Of a DNA stretch of 45,036 bases, positions 8,833 through 17,667 are shown one piece after another; within the stretch, counting starts at the first letter, position 1, and the number at the start of each line of letters is the position of its first letter. The DNA comes from Candidatus Goldiibacteriota bacterium (lineage in GTDB: Bacteria; Oederibacteriota; PGYV01; DSYL01). The stretch spans positions 1-45,036 of the forward strand of contig JAOAAI010000014.1 in assembly GCA_026418955.1 (NCBI GenBank), written 5' to 3'. The notes under the pieces are model-generated. The model was not told the DNA's origin and did no database searches. It worked only from the letters and a program-made list of their open reading frames with translations. Position numbers and translations under genes: made by a program.

Positions 8833-9790
8833 CTTTTAATTCCTCAGGCGTTAAAACCGCAACACCAATCTCAGCAACAACCTTGCCTGCTGCAATATTT
8901 GCAAGATAAGCCGAATCTTTAAAACTTGCACCAGTAGTTAAAGCAAGCGTCATAACACTTATAACTGTATCGCCAGCTCCTGTTACATCATAAACTTCTC
9001 TTGCAACTGCCGGGATATGATGCTTTTCATTTTCATAAAATAAAGTCATTCCTTCTTCTCCACGCGTTAATAAAATCACCTTTGAATTAGTTATCTTTTT
9101 TAGCTCTTCTGCTGCCCGGTCAATATCTTTTTCATTTTCTATATGTATTCCTGTTGCATCCTGCGCTTCTTTTTTATTTGGTGAAATCAAAGTCACATTT
9201 TTGAATATTCTTATATTTTTAGGTTTCGGGTCCACATTTATAATTTTTGTGTTTGCATTTTGAACCACAAAATCAACAAGTTTTTCTGTAATTACACCTT
9301 TACCATAATCAGAAAAAATAACAGCATCAACTTCTTTGATAATTTTTTCAATCCTATTTATTACTTTATTTATTATTTCCGTTGATACCGGTATTCGTTT
9401 TTCTTTATCAATTCTCACCACCTGCTGACTGTGTGCTATAACCCTTGTCTTTATTGTTGTGGGTCTCTTTTTATCAATTATTATGGATGCTATATTAACT
9501 TTATTTTTTTTTAAATAGTTAAGTAATTTATGCGCACCTGCATCATCACCCACAACTCCAGCTGAATAAACTTTAGCCCCAAGCGAAGTTAAATTAAGGA
9601 TAACATTTGCAGCACCACCGGGTTTGAACTCTTCTTTTTCAACATCAACAACAGGAATGGGGGCCTCCGGTGATATACGCGAAACCTTACCCCATACATA
9701 TTCATCTATCATCAAATCACCAATAACAAGTATTTTTTTGTTTTTGAATTTATTTACTATTTTTTTAAAATGGCTTTTATTTAATTTCAT
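8813..9790 (-). CDS. hldA: D-glycero-beta-D-manno-heptose-7-phosphate kinase (stand-alone RfaE domain I, PfkB fold), copy 1
   Basis: VIGDLMIDEYVWGKVSRISPEAPIPVV, PGGAANV and DVTGAGDTV. ATGA overlap with the gmhA stop. Confidence 0.8.
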   Translation of the reverse strand: MKLNKSHFKKIVNKFKNKKILVIGDLMIDEYVWGKVSRISPEAPIPVVDVEKEEFKPGGAANVILNLTSLGAKVYSAGVVGDDAGAHKLLNYLKKNKVNIASIIIDKKRPTTIKTRVIAHSQQVVRIDKEKRIPVSTEIINKVINRIEKIIKEVDAVIFSDYGKGVITEKLVDFVVQNANTKIINVDPKPKNIRIFKNVTLISPNKKEAQDATGIHIENEKDIDRAAEELKKITNSKVILLTRGEEGMTLFYENEKHHIPAVAREVYDVTGAGDTVISVMTLALTTGASFKDSAYLANIAAGKVVAEIGVAVLTPEELKGAVDEM

Positions 9791-10368
9791 TTTATCTTTT
9801 CTTTTAATAATTTTTTTTCAACTATATCGGATATGATATGCAAAAAAGTAATATGAGTTTCCTGTATTCTCATTGTATTATCTGATTTAACATCTATTAA
9901 AATATCACAAAGCCCTTTCATTTTTCCACCACCATCTCCAGTAAAACCTATTATTTTTATTTTTCTTTTTCTTGCTTCTTTTATCCCTTCTATAACATTT
10001 TTTGAATTCCCGGATGTTGACAAAGCAATTAAAATATCGCCTTTTTCACCGAGCGCTTCTATCTGCCTTTTAAAAACATTTTCATATCCATAATCATTTC
10101 CACAGGAAGTAAGAACAGATGTATCTGTTGTAAGGGCAATTGCCGGATAAGCTTTTCTTTCTTTTTTTAATCGCACAACAAATTCCGCAGCAATATGTTG
10201 TGCATCTGCCGCAGACCCACCGTTACCAATTAAAAGTATTTTTTTTCCTTTTAAAAGTGTGTTAAAAATCTCATCTGCAATTTTGAAAAGATTACTCTTA
10301 TGAGCATCAAAACTTTCTTTTTTTATTCTACAACTTTCATCTATTGATTCCCTGAAATAATCAGACAT
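9787..10368 (-). CDS. gmhA: Phosphoheptose (sedoheptulose-7-P) isomerase
   Basis: 193 aa SIS domain with GNGGSAADAQHIAAEF and STSGNS. RBS AAGGAG. Confidence 0.85.
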   Translation of the reverse strand: MSDYFRESIDESCRIKKESFDAHKSNLFKIADEIFNTLLKGKKILLIGNGGSAADAQHIAAEFVVRLKKERKAYPAIALTTDTSVLTSCGNDYGYENVFKRQIEALGEKGDILIALSTSGNSKNVIEGIKEARKRKIKIIGFTGDGGGKMKGLCDILIDVKSDNTMRIQETHITFLHIISDIVEKKLLKEKIK

Positions 10369-10406
10369 TACAACTCCTTTAATTTTATGGATTTTAAATC
10401 TAAATA

Positions 10407-10435
10407 ATTATAATTCAATATTTTTTTCTTATCAA
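10407..10435 (-). promoter_or_regulatory. Putative sigma70 promoter of the gmhA-hldA-hldC-kdsB-kdsA... operon
   Basis: On the minus strand: TTGATA (10435-10430), a 17-nt spacer, then perfect TATAAT (10412-10407), about 39 nt upstream of the gmhA ATG. Confidence 0.45.
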
Positions 10436-10514
10436 GATAAATTTATGTTATAAGGTTATAAGTAAATTTATTTCTATTTATTAAATCATAAATCCCTTTT
10501 TTTCACCTAACATC

Positions 10515-10542
10515 CTGCAATTACAATTCGCAAATAGCAATT
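10515..10542. repeat. Degenerate heptamer-like repeat (ctgcaat tacaatt cgcaaat agcaatt)
   Basis: GCAAT/ACAAT cores spaced 6-7 nt apart, 10-38 nt 3' of the stop of the minus-strand LysM/DUF3108 gene. Weaker relative of the arrays at 16643 and 28552. Confidence 0.35.
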
Positions 10543-10552
10543 TTTTTCTATC

Positions 10553-11584
10553 TTATCTTACAACTGTCGCACTCTGTAATACCGCATCAATCGTCCCTAT
10601 GACTATCTGACTTTTTACCAAAACCGGCATTAAATTTTCATCATTTGTAAGCCATATCCAGACATCTCCTTTTTGTCTGAATATTCCTTCATATTTTAAA
10701 AATGGCTGAATAACTACACAATCAAATTCACCTGCATCAACAGTTACTTTTTCATATCTTAATTTTTTTACAAGTATCTGATATACCTTGCATTCATCAG
10801 ATGCCACATTAATATAAAATTCATCTTCTCCTTTATACATAGCCCGAAAATAATAAAATTCAGATAATACATCCTGAACAAAAGCGGGAATATCGCAGCG
10901 TTTACCATCACTTTTTTGTGCATAACCTTCTTTATGAAAAAATTCCATATAACTGTCGTGCCTATAACTACCTTCTTCTAAGTGTTTGCTATATTTCCAG
11001 GAAAAAAGTCCTTTTATATCCATATATGAAGTAATTATGTCTCTTACCCTGTAAAATGTTTCAAAAAAAGGCGATGTCCTTGCTGTTGCTTCAAGGTGGT
11101 ATGCTTTTCTTCCATTTATTTCTACAATATCTTTCACTTCTAAAATGCCAAAACCAGCTGTTATATTAAAATATTTAACTGCAAAAACCAATTTTTCTCC
11201 AACTCCAAATGCTTTATTTTTATACATAGGATATGTAAATTCTTTTTTTACCTTTAAATCCACACTTTTTTTTATTATAAGTTTTGCATTTTCTTTTAAA
11301 AGATATGGCTCTTTTAAATTATTATCATCAGCTATTTTTTTCCAGAATTTCACACTCCCGTAATATTCTTTTGCAATTTTCGTCAGGGTATCACCCTTTT
11401 TTACTTTATATGACATATCAGATATTTTTACCTGCTCTTTTTTCTCAAGCGATTCTTTTTCTTTATCTATCTGTTCTTTTAAAATTTCTTCTTCTTTTTT
11501 TGTTTCTACAACAGATACATTTTTAGGCACAGTGGAGCAGGAAATAAAAATAATTAAAACAAGAAAACAAAAATATTTTTTCAT
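10553..11584 (-). CDS. LysM domain + DUF3108-like lipoprotein
   Basis: Lipobox FISC. LysM-like segment KKGDTLTKIAKEYYGSVKFWKKIADDNNL. The C-terminal two-thirds resemble DUF3108 (GEKLVFAVKYFNITAG...ATARTSPFFETFYRVRD). Confidence 0.65.
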   Translation of the reverse strand: MKKYFCFLVLIIFISCSTVPKNVSVVETKKEEEILKEQIDKEKESLEKKEQVKISDMSYKVKKGDTLTKIAKEYYGSVKFWKKIADDNNLKEPYLLKENAKLIIKKSVDLKVKKEFTYPMYKNKAFGVGEKLVFAVKYFNITAGFGILEVKDIVEINGRKAYHLEATARTSPFFETFYRVRDIITSYMDIKGLFSWKYSKHLEEGSYRHDSYMEFFHKEGYAQKSDGKRCDIPAFVQDVLSEFYYFRAMYKGEDEFYINVASDECKVYQILVKKLRYEKVTVDAGEFDCVVIQPFLKYEGIFRQKGDVWIWLTNDENLMPVLVKSQIVIGTIDAVLQSATVVR

Positions 11585-11596
11585 TTATTGCACCTT

Positions 11597-12553
11597 TTAT
11601 TTTTCTAGAAGTATCTTTAATCTTTCTATAATCAAATCAACCGGTATGTCATCCATCTTTTTATTTTTTTCCTGTTGCAAAATAATTGCTTTATTGCCTA
11701 TGGGGGCCCAGCGCGAAGGGATAGCGCCTTTTACAGGAAAAAATGATAATGTCTTTTTATCAAGGGCTGCGGCAATATGCATAGGTCCAGTACTTCCACT
11801 TATAAATACTTCACACTGCTCAATTAAAGCCGCGAGTTCCCTTATTGGCATTGGATTTTCCATTATGTGAATATCCGGTGTATGTTTTACCTTTTGCATA
11901 AATCTTTTTATTTTTTCCTCTTCAAAAATCCCATAACTTATCAGAATTTTTCTTCCTGCTTTTTTATTAATCTCTTTGCTTAATTCCGCATATTTTTCAG
12001 GAGATAAATTATCAGCCGAGCCCCTACCACCTATAAATATCATTATAAATTTTTCTTTAAAACCTATTTTTACTATATATTCATCCGCTCTTATTCTTTC
12101 GGCTTCTGTAGGAAAATAAAATACCTTTTTTGCTTTCTTTTCACCTATTATGTCTTTTACTAAAAGTAAATTCAAATCTGCCTCATGCAAACCGGAATTT
12201 TTTCTGTGAATTTTTACTAGCGTATTAAAAAAAAGTGGTGAAAACCACCTGTATGCAGTTCCTATGCGTTGTTCTATACCGGCAAAAAAAATAATTGCTG
12301 CAACTTTAAACCTGGGATAAACAATTATAGCTGTATCAAAATTTTCTTTTTTAATTTTTTCATATAATTTTTTATCTTCCACTGTAAAAATCAAATCTAT
12401 ATCCGGATTATTATAAAGAACTTCTTTTGCATAATCGCTTACAAGGACAGCAATAAAAGAATCTTTTATACTTTTTTTTATTTCATTTATCAAAGGCGTA
12501 GTTAAAATCAAATCACCAATCCTGTCTGTTCTTGATATCAAAATCTTTTTCAT
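11597..12553 (-). CDS. Glycosyltransferase family 9 (LPS heptosyltransferase-like)
   Basis: 318 aa with N-terminal ILISRTDRIGDLILTTPL and C-terminal SGSTGPMHIAAAL, typical of the RfaF/RfaC family. Flanked by heptose-activation genes. Confidence 0.8.
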   Translation of the reverse strand: MKKILISRTDRIGDLILTTPLINEIKKSIKDSFIAVLVSDYAKEVLYNNPDIDLIFTVEDKKLYEKIKKENFDTAIIVYPRFKVAAIIFFAGIEQRIGTAYRWFSPLFFNTLVKIHRKNSGLHEADLNLLLVKDIIGEKKAKKVFYFPTEAERIRADEYIVKIGFKEKFIMIFIGGRGSADNLSPEKYAELSKEINKKAGRKILISYGIFEEEKIKRFMQKVKHTPDIHIMENPMPIRELAALIEQCEVFISGSTGPMHIAAALDKKTLSFFPVKGAIPSRWAPIGNKAIILQQEKNKKMDDIPVDLIIERLKILLEK

Positions 12554-13029
12554 TTTTTATATCTCTCAACTATTACACGGATTATATCTTTTGTTGAATG
12601 GCATTTCTTATCACCAACAATGACTGTTTTTATTCCATATTTTAATGACGTTTCTCTTTCCGGCACAGTATCTTTTGTATAATCAGTTCCTTTGGCGTGA
12701 TAATCCGGCCTCAAAATTTCAAGTGTTTTTTCAACTGTTGTTTCATTAAAAACTGTAACATAATCAACATATTCAAATGACGCTAAAATCTCAGCCCTCT
12801 GTTTTTCATTTATAATCGGTCTTCCTTTGCCTTTTATCTTACGGGTCGATAAATCAGAATTTATACCAACTACAAGTATATCTCCTTTTTTTTTGGCACT
12901 TTTTAAAAACCTCAGATGCCCCACATGAATTAAATCAAAACATCCATTTGCAAAAACTATTTTTTTACCGCTTTTTTTTAATCTCTGTAAAATTCTTTTT
13001 AATTCTTCTCTATTTTTAATCTTTGACAT
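12550..13029 (-). CDS. Heptose-1-phosphate adenylyl/nucleotidyltransferase (RfaE domain II-like), divergent copy 2
   Basis: FANGCFDLIHVGHLRFL and INSDLSTRKIKGKGRPI. The C-terminal half (HAKGTDYTKDTVPERE) differs from copy 1. Confidence 0.75.
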   Translation of the reverse strand: MSKIKNREELKRILQRLKKSGKKIVFANGCFDLIHVGHLRFLKSAKKKGDILVVGINSDLSTRKIKGKGRPIINEKQRAEILASFEYVDYVTVFNETTVEKTLEILRPDYHAKGTDYTKDTVPERETSLKYGIKTVIVGDKKCHSTKDIIRVIVERYKK

Positions 13030-14011
13030 TTTTAAGTGCCCTTTTTAATTCTTCCTGTGTTACTGTTGCAACACCACGTTTCATCACAACAATGCCACCG
13101 CCAATGTTTGCAAGGTAAGCTGCATCCTTTACTGATAAACCACAACTTAATGCAAGGGTTATTATCGATGCAACTGTATCGCCGGCCCCTGATACATCAA
13201 CAATCTCATCGCTTCCAAAAGCAGGAATTTTATATATTCTGTTATTCTCGAAAACAACCATTCCTTTACTTCCACGCGTTATTATCATACCTTTTGATTT
13301 TAAAATTGTTTTTAACTTTTTTATGATAATCTCTATATCTTTTTCTTCATATCTTTCAATGCCAACAATGGGTCCTGCTTCTGTTTCATTTGGCGTTGCC
13401 GTTATTATATTTCTGAAGTATTTTAAAGAATATCTCGAATCAACAACTACTTTTTTTCCTTGCCTTGCTATATTATTAATAAAATTGATAACCCTTTTTG
13501 TTATTATGCCGCCGTCATAATCAGATACTAAAATTGCATCCACATTATCTTTTACACTTTCAATTATATTTATAAGTTTATCCTCTTCTTCTTTTGTAAT
13601 TTTCATCTCATGATATTTATCAATGCGAACTATCTGCTGTTTTACAGTATGAACACTTCCTGCCATTATTCTTGTTTTAACCGGTAAAACATAATTATCA
13701 TCACGAATAATAAAAGATATATCAATTCCTTTATCCTGTAAAATTTTTAAAATTATATTTGAATAACTATCATTTCCAATTATGGAAACCGGAAGCGGAG
13801 ACGCTCCAAGAGCTTTTATATTCATAACCGGGTTTGCACCACCACCTGCTAAATACACAGTATTTGCATATTTTAAAATAAGGACCGGTGCTTCTCTCGA
13901 TATTCTTTCTGTTTCACCGTATATATATTCATCAAGTATAAAATCACCAAGAACCAGTATTTTTTTCTCTTTAAACTTTTTAAATAAATTAAAATATTTA
14001 TTTTTTTTCAT
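13016..14011 (-). CDS. Heptose-7-phosphate kinase-like PfkB sugar kinase (RfaE domain I-like), divergent copy 2
   Basis: VLGDFILDEYIYGETERISREAPVLIL, GGGANP and DVSGAGDTV. Clearly paralogous to 8813-9790 but strongly diverged. Confidence 0.75.
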   Translation of the reverse strand: MKKNKYFNLFKKFKEKKILVLGDFILDEYIYGETERISREAPVLILKYANTVYLAGGGANPVMNIKALGASPLPVSIIGNDSYSNIILKILQDKGIDISFIIRDDNYVLPVKTRIMAGSVHTVKQQIVRIDKYHEMKITKEEEDKLINIIESVKDNVDAILVSDYDGGIITKRVINFINNIARQGKKVVVDSRYSLKYFRNIITATPNETEAGPIVGIERYEEKDIEIIIKKLKTILKSKGMIITRGSKGMVVFENNRIYKIPAFGSDEIVDVSGAGDTVASIITLALSCGLSVKDAAYLANIGGGIVVMKRGVATVTQEELKRALKNVKD

Positions 14012-14585
14012 TTTTTTCTCCTTTTATTATAATTTTTGCCGCACTTAAAAGATTTTTACATATATAATCAGGCTTTGTGTCTTTATCAATCATTTTTTTC
14101 TGCTCTCTACCATAACCTGTTAAGAGTAAAAAAGTTTTCATCCCTGTATTTTTTCCGAGTTTTATATCTGTGAGTTTATCACCTATCATAAAACTGTTTT
14201 TCAAATCAATATTAAATCTTTTCTTTGCTTTTAAAACCATCCCGGGCTTAGGTTTTCTACAAAAACAATTCCGGAAGTATTTTTTTATTTTCACATCTCT
14301 TATATGATGCGGGCAATAGTAAAAAGCATCTATTTTAATTTTATATTTTTTTAATTTTTTTTGAATTAATCTGTGGGTTTTTCTGACAAAGTCCTCTGTA
14401 AAATAACCACGCGCAACTCCTGATTGATTTGAAACAACTATTAGTTTGAATTTTTTCTGTTTTAATAATTTCAGCGCCTCTATATTACCGCAATAAAAAT
14501 TTACTCTTTTTAAATCCTGTAAATAACCCACTTCTCTTATTAGAACTCCATCACGATCAAGAAAAGCAGCTCTATTTTTCTTCAT
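13998..14585 (-). CDS. gmhB: D,D-heptose 1,7-bisphosphate phosphatase (HAD superfamily)
   Basis: AAFLDRDGVLI (DxD HAD motif I), VVSNQSGVARG and the CxxxxCRKPKPGM motif. Confidence 0.8.
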   Translation of the reverse strand: MKKNRAAFLDRDGVLIREVGYLQDLKRVNFYCGNIEALKLLKQKKFKLIVVSNQSGVARGYFTEDFVRKTHRLIQKKLKKYKIKIDAFYYCPHHIRDVKIKKYFRNCFCRKPKPGMVLKAKKRFNIDLKNSFMIGDKLTDIKLGKNTGMKTFLLLTGYGREQKKMIDKDTKPDYICKNLLSAAKIIIKGEKNEKK

Positions 14586-16323
14586 TTTTATTCAATTTAA
14601 ATTGCATATTATAGAGTTTTGTATAAAGACCATTGTTTTTAATCAATTCTGAATGTTTGCCCTGTTCAACTATTTTACCATCATCTATTACTATAATATT
14701 ATCTGCATGCTGGACCGTTGATAATCTATGGGCAATAACAAAAGTTGTCCTGTTTTTCATAAGATTATTGATTGCTTCCTGCACTAAAATTTCAGATTCA
14801 CTGTCAAGTGACGATGTTGCTTCATCAAGTATGAGGATTGGCGGGTTACGCAAAATAGCCCTTGCAATTGCAATGCGCTGGCGCTGACCACCTGATAATT
14901 TTACTCCCCTATCACCTATTATTGTATTATATCCTTCCTGCATTTCAATTATAAAATCATGCGCATTGGCAGCTTCTGCTGCTTTAATAATTTTTTCTTC
15001 ATCATACTCTTTATGTCCATAAGCAATATTATTTTTTACTGTATCATTAAAAAGTATGGTCTCCTGAGTAACTATCCCTATTAATTTTCTTAAGCATTGT
15101 ATTTTAATATCCTTTATATTTATTCCGTCAATTAAAATCTCACCGGAATCAACATCATAAAATCTTGCAAGTAAATCAGCAAGTGTTGTTTTGCCAGAAC
15201 CAGATTGACCAACAACTGCAAAAATCTGTCCTTTTTTAATTATAAAATTTACACCTTTAATTACTTCTTTTTCTTTTATATAACCGAATCTTACATTTTT
15301 AAATTCTACTTCTTTATTAAACTCATTTACTTCCTTTACACCTTCTGTATCTGCAATGTCTGGGGTTATATCAAGTATTGAAAAAATTCTTTCTGCTGCA
15401 GATAATGCCTGCTGAATAACATTATTCATATCATTTAATTTTTTTATCTGCGGATATAAACTTGTCAGAGTTCCTAAGAATGCAAAAAAGGTTCCGGTTG
15501 TTAATTCTTCTTTTATCACAGCAGTTCCAGCATACCAGATAAGCGCAGAAATTCCTATTGCGCCGATTGTTTCCATAATTGGCGATGCCATAGAAGCAGC
15601 CCTTACACCCCGCATTGTGTAATCAAAAATTTTATGCAATTCTTCCTTAAATCTTTTCCTCTCATACTCTTCCATACCAAATGCCTTTACTATACGAATT
15701 CCGTTGAATGTTTCGTTTAATATGGAAGTTATATTGCCAAATTTCTCCTGATAACCACGCGCTGCTGCTTTCATTTTTTTCCCAAAAATAATAACCGGGT
15801 ATACTGCAAGCGGAAAAACAATAATTGAAATTAAAGCAAGTTTCCAGTTAAGGTAAAAAGCAAGCCCTAAAAGCCCAATTATATTAAGACAGCTTCCTAT
15901 TATATTCCCCATAACATTGGCAATTGCCCCCTGCACCATACTCACATCATTTGTTATCCTGGCAATTAAAACTCCTATTTTCTGGTTATTAAAAAAACTC
16001 ATTGAGAGATTGGTTATATGTGTATATAAAGCGTAACGCATTTCAAGAATTATTTTATTTCCTACATAATCAATCAGATAATGCTGGCAATAAATGGTAA
16101 TTCCTTTTAAAGCATATATTATTATTATTGCAAAAGGAAGAATGGACAAAAAATATTTTGCCTGTTCTTTATCAGGATTTGCAAGAATTTTATCAACAAC
16201 CGGTTTTATTATCCATAAAGAAAGTGCAGTTAAAAGCGCGGTAAAAACCATACATAAAAGCCCGAGTAACATTCTCTTTATATGTGGTTTCACATAATTC
16301 AAAAGACGTAAATAGGTTTTCAC
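14572..16323 (-). CDS. msbA: Lipid A export ABC transporter (fused permease/ATPase), MsbA-like
   Basis: 583 aa with a six-helix TMD. Walker A GQSGSGKTT, signature LSGGQRQR, Walker B ILILDEATS. GTG start at 16323 preceded by AAGAAGG. Confidence 0.85.
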   Translation of the reverse strand: MKTYLRLLNYVKPHIKRMLLGLLCMVFTALLTALSLWIIKPVVDKILANPDKEQAKYFLSILPFAIIIIYALKGITIYCQHYLIDYVGNKIILEMRYALYTHITNLSMSFFNNQKIGVLIARITNDVSMVQGAIANVMGNIIGSCLNIIGLLGLAFYLNWKLALISIIVFPLAVYPVIIFGKKMKAAARGYQEKFGNITSILNETFNGIRIVKAFGMEEYERKRFKEELHKIFDYTMRGVRAASMASPIMETIGAIGISALIWYAGTAVIKEELTTGTFFAFLGTLTSLYPQIKKLNDMNNVIQQALSAAERIFSILDITPDIADTEGVKEVNEFNKEVEFKNVRFGYIKEKEVIKGVNFIIKKGQIFAVVGQSGSGKTTLADLLARFYDVDSGEILIDGINIKDIKIQCLRKLIGIVTQETILFNDTVKNNIAYGHKEYDEEKIIKAAEAANAHDFIIEMQEGYNTIIGDRGVKLSGGQRQRIAIARAILRNPPILILDEATSSLDSESEILVQEAINNLMKNRTTFVIAHRLSTVQHADNIIVIDDGKIVEQGKHSELIKNNGLYTKLYNMQFKLNKNEEK

Positions 16324-16368
16324 ATTATTACCTTCTTTTTTATAAAAGATATTTATACGGTAAAAAAT

Positions 16369-16397
16369 ATTTTAAATCATTTTATTAAATAAAGCAA
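16369..16397 (-). promoter_or_regulatory. Putative sigma70 promoter of the msbA-gmhB-... operon
   Basis: On the minus strand: TTGCTT (16397-16392), a 17-nt spacer, then TAAAAT (16374-16369), about 45 nt upstream of the msbA GTG. Chance matches are common in AT-rich DNA. Confidence 0.3.
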
Positions 16398-16642
16398 TTT
16401 GATTTTAAATGAGGGTTTGGATATAATTTTGTGCGCAATTTTTCCATATCAATAAATGACAAAAAGAAAAATTTTATAAATTTAGGCAGCTGTAATTTAT
16501 AATGTAAATAATTATTTATTATATCATTTATGTTTGCGCTGGTTTTTTATAATCTATGGCTTTTATATTTTTTCTTTTCCACACCAATAAAAAGTGCGCC
16601 TACATTTTTTATTTTTTCAACTGGCATCCGACAATGTTTTTC

Positions 16643-16677
16643 TTTCAATCAGCAACCAGCAATCACCAACCTGCAAT
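16643..16677. repeat. Heptanucleotide tandem repeat, 5 units (tttcaat cagcaac cagcaat caccaac ctgcaat)
   Basis: In-phase 7-nt units read directly. The array ends 3 nt from the TGA stop of the minus-strand HEAT-repeat gene. Same unit family as 28552-28628. Confidence 0.8.
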
Positions 16678-16680
16678 ACT

Positions 16681-17655
16681 TCATTTAATCATATCTTTTA
16701 TTGCATCCTGCCTTCCTATTTTTTCAAAATAATCTTTCATTTTTTTCTTTAATTTTTCTTCCTGTGATGAAAAAACATCTTGCAACGAAGAACCAACCAT
16801 CCTTGCAATACCTGATACCGCACCCCTGCTTAATTCAAGATATTTCTCATATTCCATTTTTAATTCTTTATCATCTATTTTATACAAAGTATCTTTTACA
16901 ATTTTTGTAAGAACACCTTCTTCACTGAATAAAACTCTTAAAAGCCCTGTGTTAATTTCTTTTTTTATTTTTAACTTTGGACTTAAATTTGCCTGCAATT
17001 CAATGAGTTTTTCAACTGTATTTTTTCTTATCCCTTCGCTTTTATTTTTTATCTCTAAAATTAACTGCGAGATTGCAATTTCCGGTTCTATCATAGAAAG
17101 CGTATCAAAAATAAAATTAAATCTTTCCGGCTCATCACCAAATTTTTGTAATGTTTTTATTATTTCAGGCACTAAAATTTCTGATTTTTTTGCCATTTTT
17201 CTAACAACTGAAAGCACAAGCATTCTTACTTCCCATTTGTCATCTTTTAAAAAATCTGCAAGTTTAAAAACTATTTTTTCTGCTTCCGGCTCTATAGAAT
17301 TCAAAAGTTTTATAATATCAAAATATGATTTAATATCTGCATTTTGCTTTACCACTTCTAATAGCGGAATAATTATATATGAGCCGGCTTTTAACTCTAT
17401 TAAAGCAGTTATTATTCTTTTTTGAGTATCAGCATCTTTTTCATTTTTTAAAATATCAACTATTTCAAGAAGGACTTTTTCTTTGCCCTTTACGTCAAGT
17501 GCCATAAATTCCTTTATCGCATTTTCGCGGATAGTTGAATTTGGTGAAAAAAGTCGTTTTGAAAGTGGTAGCATCTCTTCTGAAAGGGTATATAACGTAG
17601 CACAATTTATATTTAATAAAATAATAAAAATATATATAATTGATAATTTTTTCAT
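16681..17655 (-). CDS. HEAT-repeat protein with signal peptide
   Basis: 324 aa with repeated about 30-aa helical units of the D..W.VR...L type (e.g. LKDDKWEVRMLVLSVVRKM). Last gene of the lptC...RLP operon. Confidence 0.55.
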   Translation of the reverse strand: MKKLSIIYIFIILLNINCATLYTLSEEMLPLSKRLFSPNSTIRENAIKEFMALDVKGKEKVLLEIVDILKNEKDADTQKRIITALIELKAGSYIIIPLLEVVKQNADIKSYFDIIKLLNSIEPEAEKIVFKLADFLKDDKWEVRMLVLSVVRKMAKKSEILVPEIIKTLQKFGDEPERFNFIFDTLSMIEPEIAISQLILEIKNKSEGIRKNTVEKLIELQANLSPKLKIKKEINTGLLRVLFSEEGVLTKIVKDTLYKIDDKELKMEYEKYLELSRGAVSGIARMVGSSLQDVFSSQEEKLKKKMKDYFEKIGRQDAIKDMIK

Positions 17656-17667
17656 CTGTATCTCCTT

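Noticed and set aside
16530-16688. 52-codon plus-strand ORF in the large spacer (MFALVFYNLWLLYFFFSTPIKSAP...), running through the heptamer array into the HEAT gene's 3' end
   Set aside because: It has no Shine-Dalgarno sequence, it is on the opposite strand from every neighbouring gene, and its 3' part is the repeat array read in frame. It is kept only as a remote possibility.
16949-17425. 158-aa plus-strand ORF inside the HEAT-repeat gene. Similar antisense ORFs lie at 30117-30569, 31061-31513, 31468-31752 and 21565-21864.
   Set aside because: All are antisense to genes with recognisable domains. Their products are S/F/I/L-rich with no motifs, no RBS and no independent intergenic start.
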